Assembly: GCA_044892525.1 (NCBI GenBank)
Contig: CM097885.1
Coordinates: 237,586,001-237,650,000, forward strand
From: Schmidtea polychroa
Lineage: Eukaryota
Length of the DNA stretch: 64,000 nucleotides
Direction of reading: 5' to 3'
Of the stretch, positions 1 through 13,500 are shown piece after piece. A model generated the notes under the pieces. That model was not told where the DNA came from. It worked only from the letters and a program-made list of their open reading frames with translations, and did no database searches. Each line of letters opens with the position of its first letter. Position 1 is the first letter of the stretch. The position numbers and the translations under genes are program-made.

Positions 1-265
1 TATGTAATTCAATTAATAAATTTACACTCCTCATAGAATATGCTGTTTATTGTGAAAATACAAATTAAGGTGAAAAGAAGAAATTAAATTTACATATTAT
101 TAATTTTAAAGTTTTATCAAAACCAACGATTTGTTTAAGTTTTTAAAAATATATAAGATGTTCATAAATAAGCAGAAACTTAGTTTTTAAATTTACAAAT
201 AAATTATTGCATATTGAAATTTAATAATATTAAATATGTTTTATGTAATATCTGATATTTTTTAG

Positions 266-3200
266 ATGGGTAGTTTATTCAGAAGTCAAGAAATGGCTTT
301 ATGTCAATTGTTTTTGCACACTGAAACTGCTTATATGTGCATTTCAGAATTAGGAGAACTTGGAATGGTTCAGTTCAAAGATGTTTGTTATTTTACTGAA
401 TTCAATTAAATTAAAGTATTAATTTTAGAGTTCTCCTGATACCAGTGCTTTCCATCGGAAATTTGTCAATGAAGTTCGTAGATGTGATGAAATGGAAAGG
501 AAATTAAGTATTTACTTTAATGAATTTATAAAATAATTTAAATGCATTAGGATTTTTGGAGAAAGAAATTCGTAAGGATAATATTCCAATCTTGGACACA
601 GGTGATAATCCAGAAGCTCCAGCTCCAAGGGAGATTATTGATTTGGAATCAACTTTTGAGAAATTGGAAAAAGAACTCCAGGAAGTGAATATTAATGCAG
701 AACAACTTAAAAAGAATTATCTGGAATTATTGGAATTGAAGGAAATTTTAAGAAAAACGCAAATATTTTTTGATGAAGTACAATTCTGTGAATAAAGATA
801 ATTAAATTATCAGTTTACAGGGGATGCATGATAGTTCAATGAATGAGGAGTCATTGGAATTGCTGGGCGAGGAAGGTCTCAAGGCCGGAGGAATGGCAGG
901 TCAAGGACTTAGGCTAGGGTATTATTTTTATATAATAATGTAATAAATGCTTGATAAAATTTTTAATTAATTTAATTAATACAAATAATTAACTTGATTA
1001 TTTGTTAATTTTTTCAAAAATAATTTAATTAATTCTATAATTTGAATTTTATACGGATTTTGATAATTTACTTATAAAATCTCTCATTTGCGCCTTATGT
1101 GGTTTTGAAGGAAAATATTTTACCGATAAGACTTGAAATCAATTAAAAATTTTATTGATAACAACAGTGACAGGCATCATTTCGTATTTAGAAGAATTGA
1201 ATGCGTATTTCATTGCTTAATTGATATACAACTACATGTTTGTATTAGCACAGAAACAATCTACAAGGGGACATTGAAAGTCACCGTTTGGATATATCCT
1301 TAGTTCGATTAAGAGTATTCACCAAAATCAAACAAAATATTTGGGATTCCATAGTAAGTTTCTCGGAAATTGACATTTTATAAGTACACTAAGCAAAACA
1401 TCCTTTTATACGCGTTGCTATGATTGTTATGTATAAGGTGACCAGACGTCCCGATTTTTCACGATTTATCCCGCGTCCTGCAACGTTTTTCAAAAGTCCC
1501 GACTTTTAGAATTAAGTTAAATTTTATATTTATGAAAATCATTGTTTTGCATTCTAAGAATCCTACGGACTGCTAAGACTAACATATTGCTTTTCTTACC
1601 CAGTTACATTGTATTTGTTTCTCATATGATACTCCTCGTGTTCGTACTGTGTGCTAGGAAGCTAATTAAACAAATAAATATTACAAATCTGCTACTTACC
1701 ATAGAAAATTAAGGCAAGTAAATACATAAATTTTCTTAAACTTAGCTTAAAATACTCGTAGTCTTCAATTTTATATTGATAACAAAAAGTATATCACTGA
1801 CCCTAATCTTAAAAGAAATTTTAGAAAGAAATATAAAAATAAAATTTTGCAAATATTTTAAGTTAATCAAACTAATAATATGTCAAGGAATAAAATATTA
1901 TACAATTTTTTATATTTATAAATTGTACTTATGTTAAAAATCAAAAATATTACCATATTATTTTTATTCTATATGAAAATTTTTGTTGATATCCCCCTAC
2001 TTAAAGTTGTTACGCTTTGCCCATCTAAAAATCTGGTCACCTTAGTTATGCAGCATATTATAAATTCGGTTGATGTGAAAATTTGTCTTGAATGTTCTTT
2101 AAACTGGCTTTAAATATATTAATTTCTTCATATTAACATAATCCTTCAATTCACTTGAACCACTTGTATTTCCTCACTCTGGCCTTTTGATTAACTCTTA
2201 TCCAGAGCTCAATCCCATTTATAATTTCAATTATTTTTACTTCAACTTTCGTTCTCTTTTATGGCCTAATTAAAACATTAATTAATTGGTATGTAATTTC
2301 AAAATAATGTCATCTAGCGACCATTACCGATTTAAAATTATTATATTCATATTTATCTTTTTGTTTCCTATCTGCTCTTATCTGCTCTCCCCGTGTTATA
2401 TTTGTTTTTTCGATTTTCCAAATTTATAACATTAATTTTCAATGGCTTTTGCGATCTTATTAAAAAGTAAAGCATTTGGTTTCTCACATGCCCTGTCTTT
2501 AAAATACCAATAAATGAACAATCAAAAAGTTTAAGCCAGTGACAATTTTTGTGGCTCATTTATGGTCGATAGCCCTTACCGCGACATCATTTGGCGGTGA
2601 TTGTGCAGAAAAATTTTGCCAATTCAGGGATTAATAACTCAAATTATTATCAAAATTGTTTATTATTGAAGCTATTTCAGTTAAAGAGTTTAAAAAATAC
2701 GGCGCTATCGAACACATTAAACCAACAAAAAGTTATGCAATCAAAAACATAAATTTGAATTACTTTTTTGGAATAATTCCATATTCAAAATGATCTGATT
2801 GGTAAAAATCAGGCAAAAAGTTTTTTTCCAAATAACTTTGTTCAAACTTGGCATATTCAGATAATTTGTACATAATGTTTGTATAAAAATAAATTTCCAA
2901 TTTGAAATATGGAAATTTTAAAATGCCCTTATTGAATTTGAAAGCGGATTTAATTTTTATATCTTGCGTGCGATTTTTGATATTAGCCCATTGCATGTGA
3001 ATTCTCTTTATTAATATTACAAATCTTCATAAAGCTCGGTTCCATTTAGCGATATCTTTTAGCTCCTACGCTCAACTCTTAAACTAATCCTATTCTTTGT
3101 AACAAGGCCGCTAACGGAATAGCCCTGTTATAAATGATCAGGTTAGAAGCGTTAGAGGCCTTACCAAAGGGTTGATTTATAGGGTTCAACCCCCTTCCCA

Positions 3201-6200
3201 CAATAATAGACCTCAACCATAGAAAAGCACCGAGGAAAGACCACCTGATATATTGTTAGGAAATATTGGTAAAGAAAGAAGTAGAAAAACAAACAATAAA
3301 TAAATTTTGGAATCAATGAAAAATATGCTTTGGTCAATTTTAGAAAATTCAACTCTTTAATGTTATAGCCTAATCGTACTTTCTAATCCTTTTACTATAA
3401 ATCTTATCCTATGTCTGGTGAGGAGGTTCCTAAAACTAGCATCTGTAACCTAAAAGCTCTAAACACGAATCAGTCACATACAAATCATGGCTACCTTCCC
3501 GATCGGAATATTGTTATCTGTAAACACTAAGTAATAACAAGCGTACTTATAGAGACAAGTTTGAAAGATCTTAAGAGTGAATCTTACAAAGACATAAATT
3601 TCGTTGATTTTAAAAATATCATTAATCCCCGTAAAGGAATTAAAATTTAAAGGTTGGTAAAAATAACATCATCATTTTTTAATAAAAGATGTAACTTACA
3701 AATCGGCATTATTGGAATGAACTGTTGTTTTATTACAATCTTTAACGTTTTAAATTTCCTGTTTCTAAATTTACAAAAATCAACATATCCAAGGAAAAGG
3801 TTATCAACAATATATGAGGAAATGATTTAATTTACCTATAATAGGTATTTATATAAAGAAATAACTGGAAATAATTCATGAAAAGATCATTTGTTTCATA
3901 TGTAAGGAACAACATTTTAATTGACAAGTTATACGCGTAATTTGTTTATATAATTGTCATTACATTATAAACTTCACCACGAATTCGGAAATGAATTTTG
4001 AATAAGTGCAAAGTTATTAGGCTTGCGATAAAACTCCAGTGAAATAGTTCAATTAAAAAATGACCAGTATATTGAATATCCTGTATATATCTTATTAAAT
4101 ATCGAATCAGCAATTGGAGGTCATTCTTTTTTACGTCATGGATGTTCGTTCTAAACTCTATAGTGATCATGTTCCTTCCAAGTTTTCTGACTATGGTCTT
4201 TGAAACATTCGACTTTAATGATAGATTATTTGGTTATTTAGCCACAAAATCTTTTCGTTCAGTAAATGAAAATTCAAATTAAACAGTGAAAAGGCCAAAT
4301 AATCCCAATAAAATTAGTCGAATTCTTTGTTAAAAGAGAGGTTTAGAAAACAAATGCATTTTGTCTTGTATTGAAAGTTGTAATTTAAATCATTTGAAAA
4401 AGAAAATATACTTGGTAAATTACTGAGTTTAGTTTATTTAAATTTATTTTTTTGTTTATTTGTTAATGCTTTTTTCGTTGTGTTTCTCCATAAAAGATGT
4501 TGTGAAATAGAATTTGTTTATCCTTCTCGAAATAAAGTCAAAATTTTGCGAAGTATGGAAAAATCTTTGCACTTGAATTATAAGGGTTCGACCTGAAGCA
4601 ATTAGGTACTAATGTTATTCCAAGAGAATATATATTTAGTAAAAATGTTGGTCGATGTTTGACTTAAGTTTGTGTTAATCAAGAATCTATACTGTAAGCC
4701 TATAATTTCGTGCTATCAGATAGTTATTATTCCGAATTGTTTTTATTACACAGTGACATCACTTCAAAATCGACTTGATCATTTAAAGAATAATTATGAA
4801 TTTCCAAAATTGAATAAAACACCTACGGCTAATTAAATTTTAAGATTCATTAATTAATTAACTATTATATTTCGCATCTTTAGGTTTTCAGCAAATATTT
4901 TTTTTCATGTATTGATGAAAGTGTATAATATTTTGCTACTTATGTGTTAAATGATCTAGTTTTGTAGTAATTCGTTGTTTTGACCATTTTGGTGTTTGTA
5001 TATTTTTGTTTTTGATTGTATATGAAAATGCAATCCATAAGTAAAAAAATTTCTAACTAGCCTATGTTAATAATCAGTCACATAAATAATCTTTGCAAAT
5101 CAATTAAAGCGATAAATGCACAAAATTTTATTTCAAATAGATAAATAATTTATCTAATCGTGATTATAATTAGGTAAAATTTAAATCAAATGTGGCTAGT
5201 TTCTAAATGAGTAATTGGGAACTGGTTTGAATACTAAAAACAATAAAATCAAAAATAGAAAAAATATTTATGAGTAAAATTAAATAAATTTGTTATAATT
5301 TTTTGTTTTACTTGCGTAATACCCATTGAATAATCAACGATTCATCTCTGGCAGAGATATTTTCTAGTTGTATAAATAGACCAATGTCTTAAGACTTTTA
5401 GGCCTTTTTCTGAAAATATTTAACACATAGTTAATATATGCTTTCTCATTAACCTTCTAGTTACCAATACCCTCTTGAGGCGGACTGAATATATTTTCTT
5501 ATACAAAGTACGTATGAATAAATTTATCTGCCTTCCCGCTAAGAGACGCGTATATAAGGAACAACTTAAACGCTTTGGTCTGGTTGTATAGCATTTTATT
5601 TATTTTAGACATTAGCTTGTACTCAAATTGGAATTGAATTCTAGATTTTGTTTTGGCAAAAAATAATTTGGGCCTAGAGGGTTAATAGATAATGTTTATT
5701 TAAGGTTGAACATTTTTTTATACGAGAGGGGAACCTTCTGTGAAGTGTTTTCAGCTGAGAGTTAAATATTTCAATGATTTATCCAAATAATTTTAAATTG
5801 TAAATAGTTGACTATTAAAATAACTTTTAAATAATTTTTAAATTGGATTTTTTAAGTTGAAATTTTTGAATTAAAAATTAAAATAGCTTTTTAAAAAAGA
5901 AGGTTTATTAATGAAAAATTTTTAAATAAATGTTTTTTTAATATTGAAATATTTTGATAAATGGTTTTGAAAATATTTTATTCAACGCGGAAAACTTGTT
6001 TGGAAATTATAAAATATTTCATTAAATAAATACTTGGAATTATGTTGTTGACTTTTGAACCGGATTTAAAAAATAATTTAGAAGATGTTTTAGCAGCTTC
6101 TAAAACCTTCTAAAGACTACTGCCAACAAATACCTGATATATACAGAAGGTATTTATTATAAGACCTTTTTTTTCAAATTTCACCACTCATTTCTTTTCC

Positions 6201-9200
6201 ACTGTTGATTTTAAGCTCAGTCGTTAAAATCATGTGATAATCATAAAAACAATAGCATTTTTTCATTCCGTTGGGTTTATCTATTTTTTTGAATGAAAAT
6301 ATTTCTACTAATTTAAAGTGTTCATTATTTAATGACGCAATTTTTGAAACTAAGTTTAGAATACTAATTGATCAGTGACATTAAGATAGGATTCTTCATG
6401 AAAGTTATTTTGAAAAAATTTCACAATTAGGTAAATGTTTTGTTTATTAATATTAAGGTAATCAATCTGGATTATTACCTGGATTATTAATATTTATTAT
6501 TATTTAAATCCAACGTATTCTGTACATTACATTTTAATGCACTTACTTTCATTTCTCTTTCATCAATTTTTTACATTCAGCAGTAATTTTTGAGAAAATT
6601 GTATAATGCAAAAAGCCACTTCAAATTTTAGGTTAAACTACAATAATATTTAGTAGTCTTTATTTTATATTGATTTTTTAATAATAAAAAGATAATAAAA
6701 AGTGTGACATACAATTTGAACATGTTGAAAAGATGTATTAGACCAGGGGTTTCAAACTCAAACTGGCCTGCGGGCCGCATTAGACTAGTATCATGAGCCG
6801 GCGGGCCGCAACATAAATAATTGTTTTTCAGAACATGTGGAGTCTGAAACACCGACATTAATATTTATTTAATTAAAATTATTAAATTGTACTAGACGTC
6901 ATATGTATAAATAAAAATAATTAAAAAGATAAGTTTTAATTTATACAGCCAATTATGATTTTAATTGTTAAATAAGTTTGGTTAAATTACAAATCTATGT
7001 TTTTTCGTTGCGGGCCGCCAAATGTAACGCAGCGGGCCGCGTATTTGAGACCCCTGTATTAGACAATATTTCGGTATTGTAATATTGCGCGTAATACAGT
7101 TTTTGGTATAATCATAAGTGCTTGTTTCTCATTATTCGCTTATGCTGGCCTAGTTGAAATTGTGTCTTTCAAATAGTTGCTTGGGTTTATTAAATGAGTG
7201 CGAACTATTCACAAAACATTGCAATTGAATTTAACCATATTTTCATATTACAAGTATAAATTTATTATTCGCAGACTCATATATCTGGAATTATATATGT
7301 AATATATGTAAATATATGTAAAATAAAGAAAAAACAAATGGTATTTAATTACAATTGAAAAAGTAGATTTTTTAGAAATGTTTTGTAGAATAATAAAATC
7401 ATAAATTATTGAATAACCAGCTACAACTTGTCAAATTAACAGCCTTTTTTATATTTAAATTTCAGCTTTAGATAATCAGTTATTTCCATGCTTTCCAAGA
7501 TTTATATTCAAAATTTTTGTATTAAACATTTGGAAACTTATTTAAAAAATAATCAATAACTAATAAGTAATTAATATTCATTTAAACCTTTAAATAGGGT
7601 TACATAGAAAATCATGTATTTCCATAATTTGGTTGCTACATAAATATCAGTTTCTTTGAATTTTGGAAATCAGCAAAAATTTTCAAGGTAAAATAATATT
7701 CGCAGTTGATAAATTTCCTAATTTTACATGTTTTTTAATTTTGAAATCACTTTCTGAAACAAAAAAAATTTCAACTTATTATTCGATGAAATAGATATTT
7801 TAATGTTCTTAAATTTTAAATTTTTTTAAAAAAAATTTTTAGATAACCTAATTTATAATCAGTATAATCAATATAAACTCCTTTTTAAGGTTTGTTGCTG
7901 GTGTAATTTTGAGAGAAAGATTAGCAGCTTTTGAACGAATGCTTTGGCGAGCCTGTCGTGGTAATGTTTATTTGAAACAAGCAGAAATCGACACGGAACT
8001 GGAAGACCCTATTTCGGTAACTTTATCTTTACATTTTCCGTTTACAAGTTGCTCGCAGGGAGCAAAAGTTGAAAAATCAGTTTTCTTAATATTTTTCCAA
8101 GGAGATCAGTTGAAAAATCGAGTCATTAAAATTTGTGAAGGGTTGATTTTATTTTATTGTTATTTATTAACTAATTTTCATTAGCAAAGGTTAATTACTT
8201 TTAATTTTTTTACAATGAAAATAATTAATTTAAACATTTTATTTCAACGGTATTTATTATTCTAAAATAATAATAATAATAATAAACCCTGCTAAATGAA
8301 CATAATTTCCGTGCCCCCTTGAAAGTTCATTTAAACGAGTTTTAGTGTATATGCATTTTTATTTTAAATCTTCAAATACAAATCTATCTATTTTATAATG
8401 TGATCAATTATCAAAATAATATTAATAAATAAATCGATTCCTAAATTATTGAATAAATACATTATCATATAGATTTAAGAGTAAATAAATTAGTATTTGA
8501 TGATTTTTATTTCAATTTACAGTTTATATTTCCCGCAAATAGAGATCTCAATGTGCAATTATACATAATAACAATGTTAACTAAACTAATTACTTTATTT
8601 TAAAACTTGTTTGATGCATTTGAATTATAATTTAAATCTTTTAACTTCATCTTTTATCAGTTATTTATGATTTCGTTTTTCTTCATTCTTTAATACTACA
8701 AATTGTTGTTTTCGATTTAACACATTGATTGTTTGTTACATTTGAAAGCTGGTCCGAAATTCCATGTTTATTTTAGGAAAACATTGATTTATAATTTGAA
8801 AAGAATTGAAACGAATGAACATCCAACAAAGTGGAATATAAATTAAACACATTGAATTTTGAAGGAGTTGTAACGTGATTTTCAAAATGTGACAAAAATA
8901 TTGAGTCAGAAACAATAGCGTAACTATGGACCGCAACTGCGGGGCAAAAAGAGGGCCCATTTTTAAGTTTGAAAAATAAATATTTTAATTAATAAATCCA
9001 CATTAGAAAGGTCATTTTCGAAACTTAAGTTCATCAAAAATTATCATCGTAGTTCGATGGGTCAAGAACGCCTTAGTGATTTATCCTTGTTGAGCATTGA
9101 AGCCTTATGGGCAAAAATTATGGATGTTGACTAGCTCATTGATCGATTTGTAGAGATAAAGAGTCGCTGCAAGGAATTGTCTTAGAATGCTCATCTGTAA

Positions 9201-10487
9201 TGGCAGTACTGTACTAAATACAAAATTATTATTGATTTATGATTTCATAACATAAGAACAATATTCAATAACATTTTCATTTAACATTTAATCAATTTTA
9301 ATGCAATTGCAAAAACCTTCTACCTCTGGTATATTCTGTGAAGTAATTTATTTCATTATTTGATTCAATTTACCACAACCCATGTCAAGTTCGTGTCATT
9401 TGTTTACTATTTCTACAGAACCATCAAATCCATTATTATTCTGTGTAATTATGTCCTCTTGAATCCATATCTTATCACCGATATAAAATTCTCGAAAGGT
9501 TCAAAACTCATTTTATATGATACCTATCTCTCATTTTTTATATTTGTATTTTAATTTTTTTCTTATTCATATGTTCGATGTGTTCTTCCATATTCAAGTC
9601 TTTGTTAATATTTTACTGCAATTTTTTATATATATTTTCTGCCATACAATTATGCTATATTTTTATTCATTTTTGAGGCACTACAGCATTTAATAAAATT
9701 TAATTACTAAAATGACCCACTGTTGCCAATGTGAAGATGTAATTTAATTAAAGTGATTAATTAAATTAATTAAACATTGTGTGAATGTATGTTGTTGTTT
9801 TGGTGACACTGTAAATAAATGCTTAATTTTATTTCTCGATTTTGACTATGCCTAAATTACATAAACATATAATCAAAAGTCTACTAATTAAGCTTAAAAA
9901 TGATTCAGTTCTCACTAAAATTCAAAAAAAAATTTTTAAAAGAAATACTAGGAATGTGTTAATAGAATTAAGAATATTTATTTATGTCAAAGAAAAAGAA
10001 AATTTTAAAATGATTGAATATTTTATACTTATGTATTAAACAATGTGCAGTAGACCTATTTTACATAATCACTTAAAAAATTATTGCTACATAAATTGAC
10101 AGACTCGTAAATCATTGGAATAGACAATTTCATAATTTTGTAAATCTTTAGAAGAATATTTTAAGGAAATTTATATAAAATTTATGAAATTATTGGAGAA
10201 TTCAATTTTGAAATAATTGAAACAGATTTATTTAGTCAAAGAATATTATTGTATAACTAATTTCGTCCCATTATACTCATTTTCAGATCTTTTAATTCGA
10301 CCTATCTTTCTTATTTTCTGATTGGGCTAGTGGTTTCAGAGTTTTAAATTAATAAATTTTTGAATTAATTTTATGCCACGGTGGTACGCCACTGATGCTT
10401 GAATTTATAATTACAACATTGAATTGAGTGAGTGATCTATTTTGACAATAGCACAATATAAATCTATAAAAACAAAATGCTTTTCAG

Positions 10488-10543
<56 letters not shown>

Positions 10544-13500
10544 TGAACACACACTATTTGTACACCTTGTATATATAACTTAACCCTTTAATGGACAATG
10601 ACGTGTATACACGTCATACTACTGCGTTCTGTAACAGCAACTAAAAAAGTCCGTCCGCGAAAGAGTTAAAGTATCCAAGTAATCTTTGTACGTAACAATC
10701 AACTCAATGGTTCTTAACGTAGTATCTGGTGAATTCTACAGATTTAATAATACGCATTCGACAACCTTATAATATTATTCAAATTCGTTTAGAAACATAA
10801 AATATTTTCTGATAATACTTTTACAAACTAATTGAACAGAAATTTACTTGTCATTTGACCTCCAGATTTCATGGTTCAATTTATCCGTGTCCAGATTCAC
10901 AAACTGAACGTCGAGAAATGGCAATTGGAGTTATGTCTAGAATTGAGGATTTGCAAACGGTTCTAAATCAAACACAAGAACATAGGCATAGGGTTTTAAT
11001 AGCAGCTGCAAAAAATCTAAAAAATTGGTTTTGTAAAGTAAGTTTTCTACATGTAAAATTGCTTAATAAATTGCTTAAAATACACGTGGTATTAAGATTA
11101 GTAAATCGCAACAAAAATTAAATATGGCATGTCGAAAATGTAGTTTATATATTGTGAAAATGTCGTCAAATTGTGATTTTTATAACAGTAAATGAATTTT
11201 ATGTTTAAACAAATATCAGTTCCAAATTCAACAAAATATATAGATAGTAATTAAAAAATCAACTTTTGCCTTAAATTCCACGAAATGATTAATCGACTAC
11301 ATTTTACATTTTTTTAATAGAAATGAGCAAAATTTAAAGGTACAAAAATTCAAATGTAAAGCAGGTAAAATAAAATTTAAAAATTGAAATTAAGTTAATT
11401 ATAAAGTCATTATTTCTTGGTAGCATCATCAATTAAATGTTAAACAATTAAATGATAATTTAAGCCCTTTGCTGTGAAGTATATTCAATAAAATGAAAGA
11501 ATTTTTAACTATAAAAATAGTTCTTTTACATTTCCTGGAATTTAGTTACTTCAATTTTCAAATGCTTTTTGATCTTTTCTTTTTTCTCGTTGGTTCAAAT
11601 TCAGAAATTCATATTTTCAAAAATTAAACAGCATTTACCAACCGGAATGGAATATTAATATTCTTATTAAAATTTATTCTTGAAGTATACGTCCTGAGTT
11701 TAAAAAAGTTTGAAAAATAATAAATGAACTGTTTTTTTATTTATTCAGTCGTGTTTGTATGAATTGAATAATATTAGACTTAGTATAATATCTGAATTCA
11801 TAGATTACTCAATAAATTTATTATTCTTTTTGATAAAAATAAATTTTGTCATTGGAATACAATTTCTGCACTCAATTTTAAGAAATATCTGGGATTTGTG
11901 CAAACTGTAGTTATGTTGCATTAAATGAATTTATTTCGATTTTTTTTCAGGTTCGCAAAATTAAAGCTATCTATTATATATTAAATATGTTTAATCTTGA
12001 TGTTACTGCTAAATGCATGATTGGCGAATGCTGGTGTGCCTTGGAAGATTTAGAAAGAATAAAATTGGCTTTAAGGCACGGTATGGAGAGAAGTAATAGT
12101 TCTGTTCAACCAGTGATGAATCAAATCATGAGTAACAAAAAGGATGAACCTCCTACTTATCATAAAGTTAATAAGTTTACAACTGCATTTCAAGATATAG
12201 TTGATGCATATGGAGTGGCAAAATATCGTGAAGTTAATCCAGCTCCTTTCACAATTATAACATTTCCATTTTTATTTGCCGTTATGTTTGGAGATGCTGG
12301 TCATGGACTTATAATGCTGATTTTCGCTATTTGGATGGTTTTGAATGAAAAAAAATATGAAGTTAATCTTGCTATGTACTTTAGTTGCATATTTATAAAA
12401 ATATTAGAATAAGAAGTCAGATGATGAAATTTGGAACACGTTTTTCGGAGGTCGATATATAATTCTTCTTATGGGAATATTTTCGATTTATACTGGACTG
12501 ATATACAATGATATATTTTCAAAGTCGATAAATATTTTTGGATCATCTTGGTATCCAAATATCAACAAAAATTCAACAATAAATCCAATCTCTTTGATTC
12601 AATTAGATCCGTTAAATACAACAACAAGTGGTACGTCGTATCCCTTTGGTATTGATCCCGTTTGGCAAAATGCCAAAAATAAAATAACTTTTAGCAATTC
12701 AATAAAAATGAAAATCTCTATCATATATGGTGTTGGACAAATGTGTTTTGGAGTTATTTTAAGTCTTTTCAATCACAGGTAAAATTTTATTCAGAAAATT
12801 TATTAACCAATTCTTTTCTTTTGAATTCAACTTTCAAATTCTTTCGTTACTTTACAAAAAAAAACTATTCAAAAAATAAAATTATTATAATGATAATGAA
12901 TCATTTCTTAATTTTTATAGCATTCTATTTTTTATATTTTTATGTCTCTGAGAAAATGTGACAAAAACGTTCTAAAAAATGTATTGAAACTTAAGTCAAA
13001 TATTTTTGTTTTTATGGATTATCTTAGTGAAAGTATATTCTAATATTAATCATGTGGATTGTTATTTTTATAAATGGCAGGGTCTTGTTTTAAATAACTT
13101 GTCGAACGTTCACAGTTAAAATGATAATTTTCGTCAACGAAAACTGTGGGAGAAAGTCGGAAAAATTGCTTTTTAAATTTAAAATCTAAAAAAATGTTAT
13201 TTAAATTTACATTACGTTTTATTAGCTGATATTTTAATTTTAATGATTTATAAATTTTAAATTATTATTGATTTATGAATTTTAATATTTTAATTTAAAT
13301 TTGAAAATGTAAGTATATTATATAAATAATCAAAGAACGAAGGCAAAGTTTTTATAATAGAAAATCGCCAACTAAGTATATTAAAATATAACATGGCTAT
13401 ATATTTCGAATGTTTAACAATCTTCAGGCTAAGAATCGTATTAATAACAGCTAATAATCGTAATCAAGTTGTATCGAAAAGATATTTTAAAAAAGATATT

